Shown in pieces: positions 1 to 8,722 of a stretch of 32,000 bases of DNA. The notes below the pieces were generated by a model. The model saw only the letters and a list, made by a program, of their open reading frames with translations, made no database searches and had not been told where the DNA came from. Source of the stretch: Candidatus Nitrosacidococcus tergens (lineage in GTDB: Bacteria > Pseudomonadota > Gammaproteobacteria > Nitrosococcales > Nitrosococcaceae); assembly GCF_902810445.1 (NCBI RefSeq), contig NZ_LR778175.1, positions 647,355 through 679,354 of the forward strand. Direction: 5' to 3'. The first letter of the stretch is position 1. Every line of letters begins with the position of its first letter. The position numbers and the translations under genes were made by a program.

Positions 1-132
1 TATTCAGAAGAATTTAAGAAGAATTGTAACTTAGTCATTATTGATTTTTTAATTCGTCATGGCTTCATTACTCCAGATCATCCTGACTATTTTGATTTAG
101 TTTCAGGATTACGATCCCCTTTATCTGTTTAA
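1..132 (+). CDS. 3' end of an unidentified protein-coding gene (partial, runs off the window)
   Basis: Frame 1 is open from the window edge to TAA at 130-132. Translation is YSEEFKKNCNLVIIDFLIRHGFITPDHPDYFDLVSGLRSPLSV*. I recognise no family. Confidence 0.4.
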   Translation, partial: YSEEFKKNCNLVIIDFLIRHGFITPDHPDYFDLVSGLRSPLSV

Positions 133-133
133 A

Positions 134-3100
134 TTATTCTTTCACAAACTGCCAACCTATTAAATCACTATATTCTAAGTATTTACCGTCCTGAAAATTA
201 TCTCCAGCAGAGAGAGAAAGTGCATTAATAATATAGTGTTTATTGTCCAATCCTTTTTGGGCTAATTGTGTTTGCCAATCTTCATTGAGCTGATAGCGAT
301 TAAGTACCTTATCATCGAAGTAAGATTGATGAGAATAGTTATATTTATTGATCTCTTTTACTTGATGATTAATATTTTTAACTCGCTTTTCTTGTTTTGT
401 AAAACTTTTCTTTCCCTCTTGATTAAGGTATTTCCAGCCTTCTTCTTCAGGATCAAACCAAAGTAGATTTAAGTTCCTATCTTTACGAAAAGGGCAAAGC
501 TGACTATGCTTTTGAGTAAATACCATAGATGGGTTATTACTCTCAATAAAATACATAGCTTTGTGCTTCTCTTGGTTATCTTCAAGAAGAATTTTTAGCT
601 GTCCATGCTCAAGCTGACTCATATTAGAGTAGTAGTGCTTTTCTTCTTCTATATTCTCTTCAATCTTGTCTGGAGCTTGAATAGTAAAACGAGAATCGAT
701 AGATCTATCTAATTCATCAAGAGCAAATACTTGAGAAAGCTCATTTCGTTGCCTAGGATCTAATGCAAACTTTCCTGATTCGGGACCGGGCAAACTAAAC
801 TGTAAGGCTTGCTCTCCATATTCTAACCTTCGCATTGTCTGACTCATCATCCCTATATTTCCTTGAGAGGCTTGTAAATCTCGACGATGCCGCCATACTC
901 TGCCTGCCATTTGAATCAAGGACCAATAGGAATTAGGTTCTACAACGCTCCAATCATAATCGTGATCCCGTCCTACTTCAGAAATGGGGGAGGTACTTAC
1001 TACCACTAATAAATGTTTTTTTCCTTCCTGCTGGCAAGTTCTAAGAATATTAGCAAAACTAGAATCTTCATGGGGCTGGTGATTACTTCGTTTTAATAAC
1101 TTATTGAGAGTCTGCTCTATATGATGGCGAATTAAAGGTAAGTGTTTAGCATGATAGCAAATGACTTTTAGCTGTATATCTTCACTTAAATCAAATTGAT
1201 GGTTAAGCCAATAATGTGCAAATCTCCGCGTATTTTTAGTACTGGTCCATCGTACACAGCCAATAGAATAATAAATACCCGTTTTAGGATCTTGTTGATT
1301 CCATCGTTGATGTAATTCCTTGCAGGTAGCCATTATATTTTGATATACAGTGTTTTTTTCTATGATCGGCACTAAATGAGGATGTAAACGGCGGCGTACA
1401 GGTTGCTGGCTATTAATTTCTAATAATTTAGCTACAAATCGTTGATGGCAGTTTGCAAAATCTTTCCTATCTTTAACCACATTAACTTTAATATGATCTG
1501 AGTGGTGACTAAACCAACCACAAGCAATAGGCATAGAATTTATTCCTTGCAATTGCTGCCAACGATGAAATCCTGTTTCATAGGCTTGGTAAAAACTATG
1601 GGCAATAGCAGGTGGTAAAGTGGCTGAAGAGAGTAACAACTTCCGTCCATTAAACCCCACCACATAGGCTAATTTTAATAAGGCAGGTAAATCTTCCGTA
1701 GCAAAACTATCAATTTCATCAATAATAAGATCTGAACCTGCTAGCCGAAAACCTAATAATGCTGCAGAAGCCTTCTGGCTTTGAATAAACGGCATTAAAT
1801 GATCTACGGTACAAATTAAAATAGGGACTTGCAATAAATGATTAAGCTTAGAGTTATTTGGTGCATTTAGTTCTTCAGGCCAAGGGCTATCTGGATCATA
1901 ATCAAATACGCCACTTAATCCTTCATAAAAATCATCATCTAACTCACTACTTTCTCGCCCTGATTGCTCTTGTTCTGTAACATTAGAATCAATATTTTCC
2001 TGTTCTTTTTCTAATTCATGAAGAGCAATGGTTAATGCACCACCTACCATTACCGCACATTGATCTTCACTTTCATTGAGGCTGCCGAATCCTAAATCAT
2101 GACGATATTCATCTCCCGTTTGTAAGGTTAAAGTGCGTAACCCAAGTGCAACAGTAAAACGATAGTTTTCATGCTTATGGAGTGCAGCTAGAATCCGGGC
2201 ATTGCCTCGGGTTTTTCCTGATCCAGTTTCTGCTATAATTAAGCCAAAAAATCCAGACTGATCAAGATTTTCTACTTTAAGTAATTTACGTTCTGCTTCT
2301 TGTTGCCATTTAAAGGCATCCACTGTAATAGGACTTTTTAATGAAGGCGGGGAATATTCAATTGTTTTAGTATTTCTATTTTGCTGAAGCTGAGATAAGT
2401 GATTAAATCCTCTACCTGCTAATCTGCCTACTCGTTCTAAATGACTGGCAAGAGTCTGCCTTAAATAACCTTGATAGCTATTGGCGAAGCATTGTTGTCC
2501 TTGTTTAGATTGGGAATCAATAGGATATTCTTTAGAGGCAGTGCTAGAAATTTTGTGATCGGCTAGCACTAATGCACAGCGAGCATGGTAGCGAGCCGCA
2601 CTATACCAAAGTGCATTATCATAGAGAGGAAGTACATGCTCTTCTAGTAAATAATGAGCTCGGCGAGCATGTTTTATAATGTCATTGACTAATTTTGGAG
2701 ATTGCTGCCAAGCAGGATTGAGCTCTGTCGCTAAGACTAACCCTTTTAAAATAGATTCGGGTTGATTCAAATAAGTTTGCTCTAGGGGGCTAAAACTTTC
2801 TTCATGACCATCGGGTAATTTATGATGAGAAAGGATAAGAAAACACAATACACTGAGTAAAGGAGGCAATCCTTGCTTTTCTTCCTCTCTTATAGATCCC
2901 CATGGTGGCTGTAATGTACTATCCTTGCTCGGCATTAAATGCTGCCAGTCTGATTCTGGAATTTCTTGCCAAATTTGATTTAGTTTTTCATATACATTTT
3001 TTGAATCAGCTAGTGTATTGAGCCATTGATTATCTGTTATGTGATCCAAAGAGCTATTTGGACTTACCTTATTTCGTCTACGGCGACGGGGAGTAGATAA

Positions 3101-3631
3101 AGATTCTGATTCTAATATTGGTGTATCTATCATCACCGGAGGGCAAAGTAACTCAATTAGCCGTAAAAGCAAGAGTAAAGAAAGCCGCTCGTGGCGAATA
3201 GGATCGCTCTGATTCACTTTAGAATCTCGCAATTTCGCTTGAAAACAAGCCCCATGCTTACCAAAATCATGAAAAAGCCCTGCTAAAATACAAAGATGGC
3301 TCAATAAGCGAATCGCAGGAGGCGTTTGTTCCTCCTTTGGCAAAGGTGTTGTACTATAGCTAAAACAAAAGGTACCATCGTAATTAAAATGTCGCCGACT
3401 CCCTACGATCCATACTAATTCTGTTTGATAACGACCTTTAATTCGATGACAGGTAATGGCAGTATGACGACTAGCGGCTTTAGTCAAAGCTTGGCGTATA
3501 TCCCTAAGTCCTTCTGTACTCATTCGAGCAAGCCAAGTGCGTCTTCCAATTTGGGTACCATAGCGGGATAAAATTCTACGAGATCGTTTCCAAGCTGCTT
3601 TTTCGCATTCGCTGATAAAAAGCACGATCAT
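134..3631 (-). CDS. cas2/3: Type I-F Cas2/3 fusion (Cas2 domain + HD nuclease + SF2 helicase)
   Basis: 1165-aa ORF. A small N-terminal Cas2-like domain (~95 aa) is followed by HD motifs (LFHDFGKH at aa ~119-126, SHHKLPD at ~268). Helicase motifs are Walker A AETGSGKT (aa 467-474) and the DExD-type box LIIDEIDSF. The Cas2-Cas3 fusion is the hallmark of type I-F. The start overlaps the cas1 stop by 4 nt (ATGA, 3628-3631). Confidence 0.93.
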   Translation of the reverse strand: MIVLFISECEKAAWKRSRRILSRYGTQIGRRTWLARMSTEGLRDIRQALTKAASRHTAITCHRIKGRYQTELVWIVGSRRHFNYDGTFCFSYSTTPLPKEEQTPPAIRLLSHLCILAGLFHDFGKHGACFQAKLRDSKVNQSDPIRHERLSLLLLLRLIELLCPPVMIDTPILESESLSTPRRRRRNKVSPNSSLDHITDNQWLNTLADSKNVYEKLNQIWQEIPESDWQHLMPSKDSTLQPPWGSIREEEKQGLPPLLSVLCFLILSHHKLPDGHEESFSPLEQTYLNQPESILKGLVLATELNPAWQQSPKLVNDIIKHARRAHYLLEEHVLPLYDNALWYSAARYHARCALVLADHKISSTASKEYPIDSQSKQGQQCFANSYQGYLRQTLASHLERVGRLAGRGFNHLSQLQQNRNTKTIEYSPPSLKSPITVDAFKWQQEAERKLLKVENLDQSGFFGLIIAETGSGKTRGNARILAALHKHENYRFTVALGLRTLTLQTGDEYRHDLGFGSLNESEDQCAVMVGGALTIALHELEKEQENIDSNVTEQEQSGRESSELDDDFYEGLSGVFDYDPDSPWPEELNAPNNSKLNHLLQVPILICTVDHLMPFIQSQKASAALLGFRLAGSDLIIDEIDSFATEDLPALLKLAYVVGFNGRKLLLSSATLPPAIAHSFYQAYETGFHRWQQLQGINSMPIACGWFSHHSDHIKVNVVKDRKDFANCHQRFVAKLLEINSQQPVRRRLHPHLVPIIEKNTVYQNIMATCKELHQRWNQQDPKTGIYYSIGCVRWTSTKNTRRFAHYWLNHQFDLSEDIQLKVICYHAKHLPLIRHHIEQTLNKLLKRSNHQPHEDSSFANILRTCQQEGKKHLLVVVSTSPISEVGRDHDYDWSVVEPNSYWSLIQMAGRVWRHRRDLQASQGNIGMMSQTMRRLEYGEQALQFSLPGPESGKFALDPRQRNELSQVFALDELDRSIDSRFTIQAPDKIEENIEEEKHYYSNMSQLEHGQLKILLEDNQEKHKAMYFIESNNPSMVFTQKHSQLCPFRKDRNLNLLWFDPEEEGWKYLNQEGKKSFTKQEKRVKNINHQVKEINKYNYSHQSYFDDKVLNRYQLNEDWQTQLAQKGLDNKHYIINALSLSAGDNFQDGKYLEYSDLIGWQFVKE

Positions 3632-4515
3632 CGTTGAGTAATCTCTTTAATTGCTTGGAATAGAAATGTGATCGCATCACTTTGATCTAGCCAAGCAATA
3701 CAAGCTTGACGCATTTGCTGATCCGATTGGCCTGCAGCTGCTTGCTGAAAAGCGATAGGCATCACACAAGTATCTTTAATAAGATCTGCCACATCAAAGA
3801 CCAGTGCTCCTCGTCGGGTCATTCCATGAATCAAAGGCAGTGCATGGGGAATCCCTAATACCCATAGCACCACCGCACTGATGCCATAAGCCAAATAATT
3901 GCCGTGATCTAAATAACTATTAAAAGGATCTAGATAATCTCGCTTACCCGGATCTCGAATAAAATTTTTTACTTGAGTACATTGTGCCCACAACCCGTAG
4001 AGTTTTTTTGCAAATTCAGCCTCTCGACTAAGAATAGTTTGGGTTTCTTCAGCAGTTTCAATATGAGAAAGATAATGACTGACCAGAGTTTCAATCGCTG
4101 CTTCATCAGGCTTTGGGTTTGATAATTTAGACCATTGCTTTAATAAAAATTCTGCTCGTTTTCTTTGAAAAAATTTTGCAGCACTCAGTCGCTTATGCTC
4201 ATCTTGCCATAAGGTAACCCAAGCTTGACAATACTCAGTAGGGCGATATTCATTTAGGCTTGCTAAAAATAAGGGAGTACCACCACCGCCTACAAAAGCA
4301 ACCATAACTTGAGAGTTAGCTAATAATCGAGCTGCTGCTTGTGTCAGTGAAGTACCACTACCTAGCAGAATAACATTGGTATTTTCCGGGGGGATCGAAA
4401 AAAATTTGGTCAGTGCTTTGTCATCTCTAGTATAAACAACACGTTCATCTTTTGCCATAATTCGGCAGTGCTCTAAATAATAGAGTCCCTGTCGGTGAGA
4501 TGGGAGAATCGACAT
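3628..4515 (-). CDS. cas1: Type I-F Cas1 integrase
   Basis: 295-aa ORF. The blocks LYYLEHCRI, GSGTSLTQAAARLLA, FVGGGGTPLF, EYRPTEY and KRLSAAKFFQRKR line up with my recollection of Pseudomonas aeruginosa I-F Cas1. It is translationally coupled to cas2/3. Confidence 0.93.
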   Translation of the reverse strand: MSILPSHRQGLYYLEHCRIMAKDERVVYTRDDKALTKFFSIPPENTNVILLGSGTSLTQAAARLLANSQVMVAFVGGGGTPLFLASLNEYRPTEYCQAWVTLWQDEHKRLSAAKFFQRKRAEFLLKQWSKLSNPKPDEAAIETLVSHYLSHIETAEETQTILSREAEFAKKLYGLWAQCTQVKNFIRDPGKRDYLDPFNSYLDHGNYLAYGISAVVLWVLGIPHALPLIHGMTRRGALVFDVADLIKDTCVMPIAFQQAAAGQSDQQMRQACIAWLDQSDAITFLFQAIKEITQR

Positions 4516-4670
4516 AAAATTATTCTAGGATATTTACTTGATTATTAAAAATTCTCTAATTAGAGAAGTGAAAATTTACGTCAATATGTGACAAAAACTT
4601 TACAAAAAAGTGACGTTTAGTGTTAAATAGTATGACAATTTTTGTAAAAATATAATAATTATAATCACTC
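4516..4670. promoter_or_regulatory. Divergent control region between cas1 (minus) and csy1 (plus)
   Basis: A 155-bp very AT-rich gap separates two divergent start codons. It contains TATAAT hexamers at 4651-4656 and 4660-4665 and an ATGACA -35-like hexamer at 4632-4637, but the spacings of 13 and 22 nt are non-ideal. It also has a 10-bp inverted repeat (TTTACAAAAA 4599-4608 / TTTTTGTAAA 4639-4648) and the 16-bp palindrome listed separately. I cannot place exact promoters. Confidence 0.5.
4552..4567. promoter_or_regulatory. Perfect 16-bp palindrome TTCTCTAATTAGAGAA (candidate operator or hairpin)
   Basis: I read it directly and checked it base by base against its reverse complement. It lies 37-52 nt upstream of the cas1 ATG and 104-119 nt upstream of the csy1 ATG. 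The sequence is certain; its function is not. Confidence 0.4.
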
Positions 4671-6032
4671 ATGTTTATAGAAAACTTAAACCAACATCTT
4701 AACACTGATAAAAAATCTACTAAAGATTTTAAAGCCAGTCTTCTGAGACATAGTAACGATCCTATTTCTGTTACAGAGAATGAAACCCCTTTACTGCTTA
4801 AAATTGTTTTGAGCCTGACTTATGGAGGTATTCCTCCAGATAAAGAGTGGGAAATATTACTAAATGAACCAGCAATGGAGGAGAGGGCAAAAGAAGCTTT
4901 AAGAACTAAAGTCATTGATAAAATCACAGGAGGAGAATTTATTTGGGCTGCATTGACGGCAGATATAGGTACCCATCATCCCAAATCCCGTAACGATAAA
5001 ATTAGTTCTGGTTCAATTATTGCTCATAACTTAACACCCCCTCCTAAAGAACTAGGCTTAGTCACTTCTGCGTATCTTAAAAATATTCGAAATTTTTCTG
5101 GATCAGGCAATGGAGCTTATGTTGCGCACTATCAATGGCTTAGCTTTACTTATCAAGACGCTAATGGCGTATTGAGTATACTTGAGCGAGTAGTAAAGCA
5201 AGATCACACCTTAAAACAAACCCTATTAGATCTTGGAATTTCTGCAGAAGACTGGGATTCTTTTCATCAAGCCGTAGCCAATCACTTAAGTGCTTCTAAT
5301 AATGCACCGTTAGATCGCCAGTTGAAACAAATTTTTGTACCTGACCCTACCTGCAATGGAGATGATTATCTTGTGATCAGTCCGTTACCTGCTACTAGGA
5401 TGGTGGCTGCCTTCAAGCAATACCGAGAAAAGCTACGAGAAGAATCTGCTCATGTTGTTACCTCTTCATTAAAGGTAGGCGGTACTAAACCACAAAATGC
5501 AGGAAGTTTAATCAATGAGCTAGGAGGGAATTTACACTTACTTAAAATGACTATTCCTAGTGCTCATTCAAACAATAATTATTATCGACGATTAAAACAA
5601 TTGACTACCTCAAATGCTCCTTATTTATTTTTACCTATGGTAAAACGAGAAACAGAAAAACTAGAAGCTTGGTTAGAAAAAGATTGGAATATAACTTATG
5701 GTAATCGCCAAGATTACTTAGATCAGCTTGAGAAAAAAATTTCAGCATGGATTACTCCAGAATTAGAAGCACAAGATCAGTTTTTAAGCTGGATTACCAG
5801 TGATACTCCTGATGCAATTAAAGCTAGAGAAAATCTAGAAACTAAGAAATTACCTCATTGGGTAAATGTTTGGCTTGGATTAAGTAGCTTACCTATCAGC
5901 AGCCAGCAGCTTACTCAAGCACTACAAAATGATGCGTATCAAGCCCTAAAATTTAAATCTCTACTAGATGATGTTCTCTACCAGCTAGTTACAGATGCAC
6001 TCAACCGTTTAATTAATTACTTACACCACTAG
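4671..6032 (+). CDS. cas8f: Csy1 / Cas8f, large subunit of the I-F surveillance complex
   Basis: 453-aa ORF, first gene of the plus-strand operon. KVGGTKPQNAGSLIN matches the GGTKPQN block I recall in P. aeruginosa Csy1, and size and position fit. There is no Shine-Dalgarno upstream. An in-frame TAA at 4662-4664 rules out an earlier start. Confidence 0.9.
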   Translation: MFIENLNQHLNTDKKSTKDFKASLLRHSNDPISVTENETPLLLKIVLSLTYGGIPPDKEWEILLNEPAMEERAKEALRTKVIDKITGGEFIWAALTADIGTHHPKSRNDKISSGSIIAHNLTPPPKELGLVTSAYLKNIRNFSGSGNGAYVAHYQWLSFTYQDANGVLSILERVVKQDHTLKQTLLDLGISAEDWDSFHQAVANHLSASNNAPLDRQLKQIFVPDPTCNGDDYLVISPLPATRMVAAFKQYREKLREESAHVVTSSLKVGGTKPQNAGSLINELGGNLHLLKMTIPSAHSNNNYYRRLKQLTTSNAPYLFLPMVKRETEKLEAWLEKDWNITYGNRQDYLDQLEKKISAWITPELEAQDQFLSWITSDTPDAIKARENLETKKLPHWVNVWLGLSSLPISSQQLTQALQNDAYQALKFKSLLDDVLYQLVTDALNRLINYLHH

Positions 6033-6040
6033 GGGGTTGC

Positions 6041-6949
6041 ATGGATCAGTACTATTTATTATTACCTATGATAAAAATAACCAACATAAATTGGGAAAGT
6101 AGCCATCTGACGTGCTCCCTTCCTTTAACTGCTATTGCTGGATTTGCAGATTGTTTAGTTAATTTTGAGCTGGTAAACCACGCCCCTGAAACTAATGCAG
6201 ATCTTAAAGGATTTGCGGTATGCCTTCATGAAGGGGAAATTTATGATGGACTGACAAAAAACCCCTTAGCCCTATGCAAAGGCAATGGAAATAAACCAAA
6301 TGAAGACGATCTGATAAACCCACCTATTATTCCTGAACTCAAAGGCCACGCTACTCTAAGTTTAGTAATCAAAATTGAAGTAGAAAACAAATCTAAAATG
6401 GATGATTGGATTAAAGAAAGGGCAAATCAAGTGTTACATGTTTGCCGAATTGCTGGAGGAGATATTATTCAAGCAGGAAGAGCTCAGATTTTCGATAAAA
6501 AAATTGAGCTTGCTAAAGCCATGAATAAACTCCCTACTGGTTGGTTTATAAAAGACCGTGCAGAGCTTATTGCAAAAGAGCCTGATCCTTTTAAAGCTCT
6601 TATAGATGCGGTGGCTTGGTTTTCTTCTGAAAATACCCCAGACTCCACAGAAAAACAACTCAAACAACGCCGCTATCCCGGTTGGCTTTATGCTACCTGT
6701 GTGGGTTATCAGCTCCTCGAAGATCCTCAAGATCGCCTTAATCGCAGTCATGGTGTAAAGGATTGCGATCCAGTGAATCATGCCTATGCCGAACCTGCCC
6801 ATAGCCTTGCAGAGCTTATTTGGGTGCGTAAATTGCTACCCCTATTCTCAAAAGAAACCTCTAATACTGATGATAATTGGCTTCAAGGATTACTTTGGGA
6901 TTGGAAAACCCATAGGGAAAGTAAAACTGTCTATTTATCAGCAAAATAA
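6041..6949 (+). CDS. cas5f: Csy2 / Cas5f
   Basis: 302-aa ORF starting 8 nt after the csy1 stop, preceded by a GGGGG SD-like run. The call rests on size and synteny between csy1 and csy3; I recognise no specific motif. Confidence 0.8.
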   Translation: MDQYYLLLPMIKITNINWESSHLTCSLPLTAIAGFADCLVNFELVNHAPETNADLKGFAVCLHEGEIYDGLTKNPLALCKGNGNKPNEDDLINPPIIPELKGHATLSLVIKIEVENKSKMDDWIKERANQVLHVCRIAGGDIIQAGRAQIFDKKIELAKAMNKLPTGWFIKDRAELIAKEPDPFKALIDAVAWFSSENTPDSTEKQLKQRRYPGWLYATCVGYQLLEDPQDRLNRSHGVKDCDPVNHAYAEPAHSLAELIWVRKLLPLFSKETSNTDDNWLQGLLWDWKTHRESKTVYLSAK

Positions 6950-6985
6950 CAATGAATTAAAAAACCATCCTTTAGGAGTACATAT

Positions 6986-8047
6986 ATGCCATCTGTAGAA
7001 ATCCCATCTTTACTCAATTACACCCGCAGCATTGTCCCGAGTGAAGGAACGTTTTGGATTAATCATCATGATCCTTTAATTATCCAAGAAAAAACAGTAC
7101 TGGGTACCATTGCCAACTATAGTGGTGTCTATAAAGGAAACAAACAGCAAGACGAAGAGGCAATTAATAAACAAATGCTGGCAGGAGATAATAATATTCA
7201 ACGAATAGATAGCTGCCACCTACCTGCTGGCACTGATACCTTTACCCTACGTTTTAGTCTTAAATTTCTAGCTAATGCTAATGCACCAGAGAGTTGTAAT
7301 GTTCCAGAGTTTAGAAATGATCTAGAAGAAATTGCAGTGCTTTACAAAGAAAAAGGAGGATTTACTGTCCTTGCTGAGCGTTATTTTGCTAATTTAATGA
7401 ATGGTAAATTTCTCTGGCGTAATCGTTATGGTACTCAGCGTACCCTCACTTTAAAGGCACCTTTTCATAAGGATTTAAAGGAAACTAGTTTTGATATTAT
7501 TGATGAGCCCCATTTACCTGAAGATAAAATAGCTCAATTTCAGCCTTGGATTAATCATATCGCAGATGCTTTCAGTGGCAAAATCCCATTTTTTATCCTA
7601 GATGTTGTCGCTAAAATCACGATAGGCGATGGTCAAGAAGTTTATCCTAGCCAGGAGTTTGTGGATAAAGGATCTCAAGGAGGGAAGGGGGGAAAATCAA
7701 AAACTCTATTTTCAGTAAAGGTCAATGGGCAACAAGTAGCTGCTCTGCACAGCCAAAAAATTGGTAACGCTATTCGCACCATTGACACTTGGTATCCAGA
7801 TGCTTCTGTAGATCATCCATTAGCGGTAGATCCTTTCACGGTAGACAAGCGCAGAGCCACTACTGTGCGTTTGCCAGATAAGGAAAAATCAGATTTTTAC
7901 AGCCTACTTAAAAATCCTGAAGAATTAAAAAATAAGCTTCAAGCCGCCTCAAATGCCAAAAATCTTGATGGTAATCTTCATTATTTTATGGCAGTCCTCA
8001 TTCGAGGTGGAGTCTTTAGTGGCGAGGGTAAAAAAGATAAAAAATAG
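6986..8047 (+). CDS. cas7f: Csy3 / Cas7f backbone subunit
   Basis: 353-aa ORF with an AGGAG SD. Several blocks closely match my recollection of P. aeruginosa Csy3: ERYFANLMNGKFLWRNRYG, IGDGQEVYPSQEF, KSKTLFSV, HSQKIGNAIRTIDTWYPD and LIRGGVFSGEG. Confidence 0.95.
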   Translation: MPSVEIPSLLNYTRSIVPSEGTFWINHHDPLIIQEKTVLGTIANYSGVYKGNKQQDEEAINKQMLAGDNNIQRIDSCHLPAGTDTFTLRFSLKFLANANAPESCNVPEFRNDLEEIAVLYKEKGGFTVLAERYFANLMNGKFLWRNRYGTQRTLTLKAPFHKDLKETSFDIIDEPHLPEDKIAQFQPWINHIADAFSGKIPFFILDVVAKITIGDGQEVYPSQEFVDKGSQGGKGGKSKTLFSVKVNGQQVAALHSQKIGNAIRTIDTWYPDASVDHPLAVDPFTVDKRRATTVRLPDKEKSDFYSLLKNPEELKNKLQAASNAKNLDGNLHYFMAVLIRGGVFSGEGKKDKK

Positions 8048-8059
8048 GAGCATAGTCTT

Positions 8060-8644
8060 ATGTTTTCAGAATATGTTGAAATTCATACTCAAGGGGAGTC
8101 AGAAGACACTCACTTTATCTTAAGCAAGCTATTTACTCGGATTCATGGCATTTTAAAATCCCACTCTCTTAATATTGCTTTAGGATTTCCGGATCTAAAA
8201 GAATATTCGCCAGGCAAACTCATCCGTTGTTTTGGTGTTGTTAAAGATTTGGCTCAGTTAGAGAAAAATGATGGGCTACTTCATCTTGAAAAGAGGAATA
8301 TGATTTCAATTAATTCCATTGCCAGCGTACCTAAAGATCATGACAAAATAGCCTATCGCCGATTACGAGAGCCAGAAAAAGCAATCAATGGATTTAAAAA
8401 ACGGCTTAGTCTTCGTAATCAGAAAAGGGAGAGCATACCTCATTTAAAAAACAACACAAATGAAACCGAAGAAAAGGAGAAAATAAAACGACCACCCTAT
8501 TTAATTTTAGAACGTAACGGGCAGAAACTACCAATTCATATTGGCACGGAAAGGCTAAAACTTGATTCAGATCTTTGCCAATTTAATACCTATGGATTTG
8601 CAAAAAAGATAAAAGAGTGCTATGCAGCGATTCCTTTCTTTTAA
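8060..8644 (+). CDS. cas6f: Cas6f / Csy4 pre-crRNA endoribonuclease
   Basis: 194-aa ORF. LGFPDLKE and the C-terminal YGFAK...IPFF resemble VSFPDLDE and YGLSKGGFVPWF of P. aeruginosa Csy4. The His in TRIHGILK aligns with the catalytic His. AGGAG (8046-8050) lies 9 nt upstream of the ATG. Confidence 0.88.
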   Translation: MFSEYVEIHTQGESEDTHFILSKLFTRIHGILKSHSLNIALGFPDLKEYSPGKLIRCFGVVKDLAQLEKNDGLLHLEKRNMISINSIASVPKDHDKIAYRRLREPEKAINGFKKRLSLRNQKRESIPHLKNNTNETEEKEKIKRPPYLILERNGQKLPIHIGTERLKLDSDLCQFNTYGFAKKIKECYAAIPFF

Positions 8645-8722
8645 ACCTTCCTATTTTGAGATATTTTTTATTTACAATAAAAACAATAACTTGTAATTTA
8701 TGCTAAAAAAGGAAGGTTTTTT
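8643..8722 (+). terminator. Possible structured terminator after cas6f (long inverted repeat followed by a T-run)
   Basis: AAACCTTCCTATTTT (8643-8657) pairs with AAAAAAGGAAGGTTT (8705-8719) at 14 of 15 positions and has a CCTTCC/GGAAGG core. An inner TTACAA/TTGTAA stem lies at 8672-8677 / 8691-8696. Six T residues (8717-8722) follow. The 47-nt loop is atypically long for an intrinsic terminator. Confidence 0.3.

Noticed and set aside
4587-4604. CRP/Vfr-like site starting with TGTGA (CRP regulates I-F cas operons in some bacteria)
   Set aside because: The second half-site after a 6-nt spacer is CTTTA against the consensus TCACA (1 of 5). One half-site in AT-rich DNA is not evidence.
4568-4627. 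Possible CreA/CreR-like mini-array (pseudo-repeat, ~28-32-nt pseudo-spacer, pseudo-repeat) in the cas1/csy1 gap, prompted by CGTTTAG at 4614-4620 resembling CGGTTTAG of the repeat
   Set aside because: The putative second pseudo-repeat matches the consensus at only about 9 of 28 positions, has no hairpin, and its handle bases (TGT) do not match GAAA. I consider it too weak. Only the palindrome is retained as a finding.
134-8644. Possibility that this is a transposon-associated I-F3 (CAST) or otherwise minimal I-F variant
   Set aside because: Full-length cas1 and cas2/3 are present, csy1 and csy2 are separate genes of normal size, and no tnsA/B/C or tniQ genes or transposon ends are visible. 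This is I-F1.
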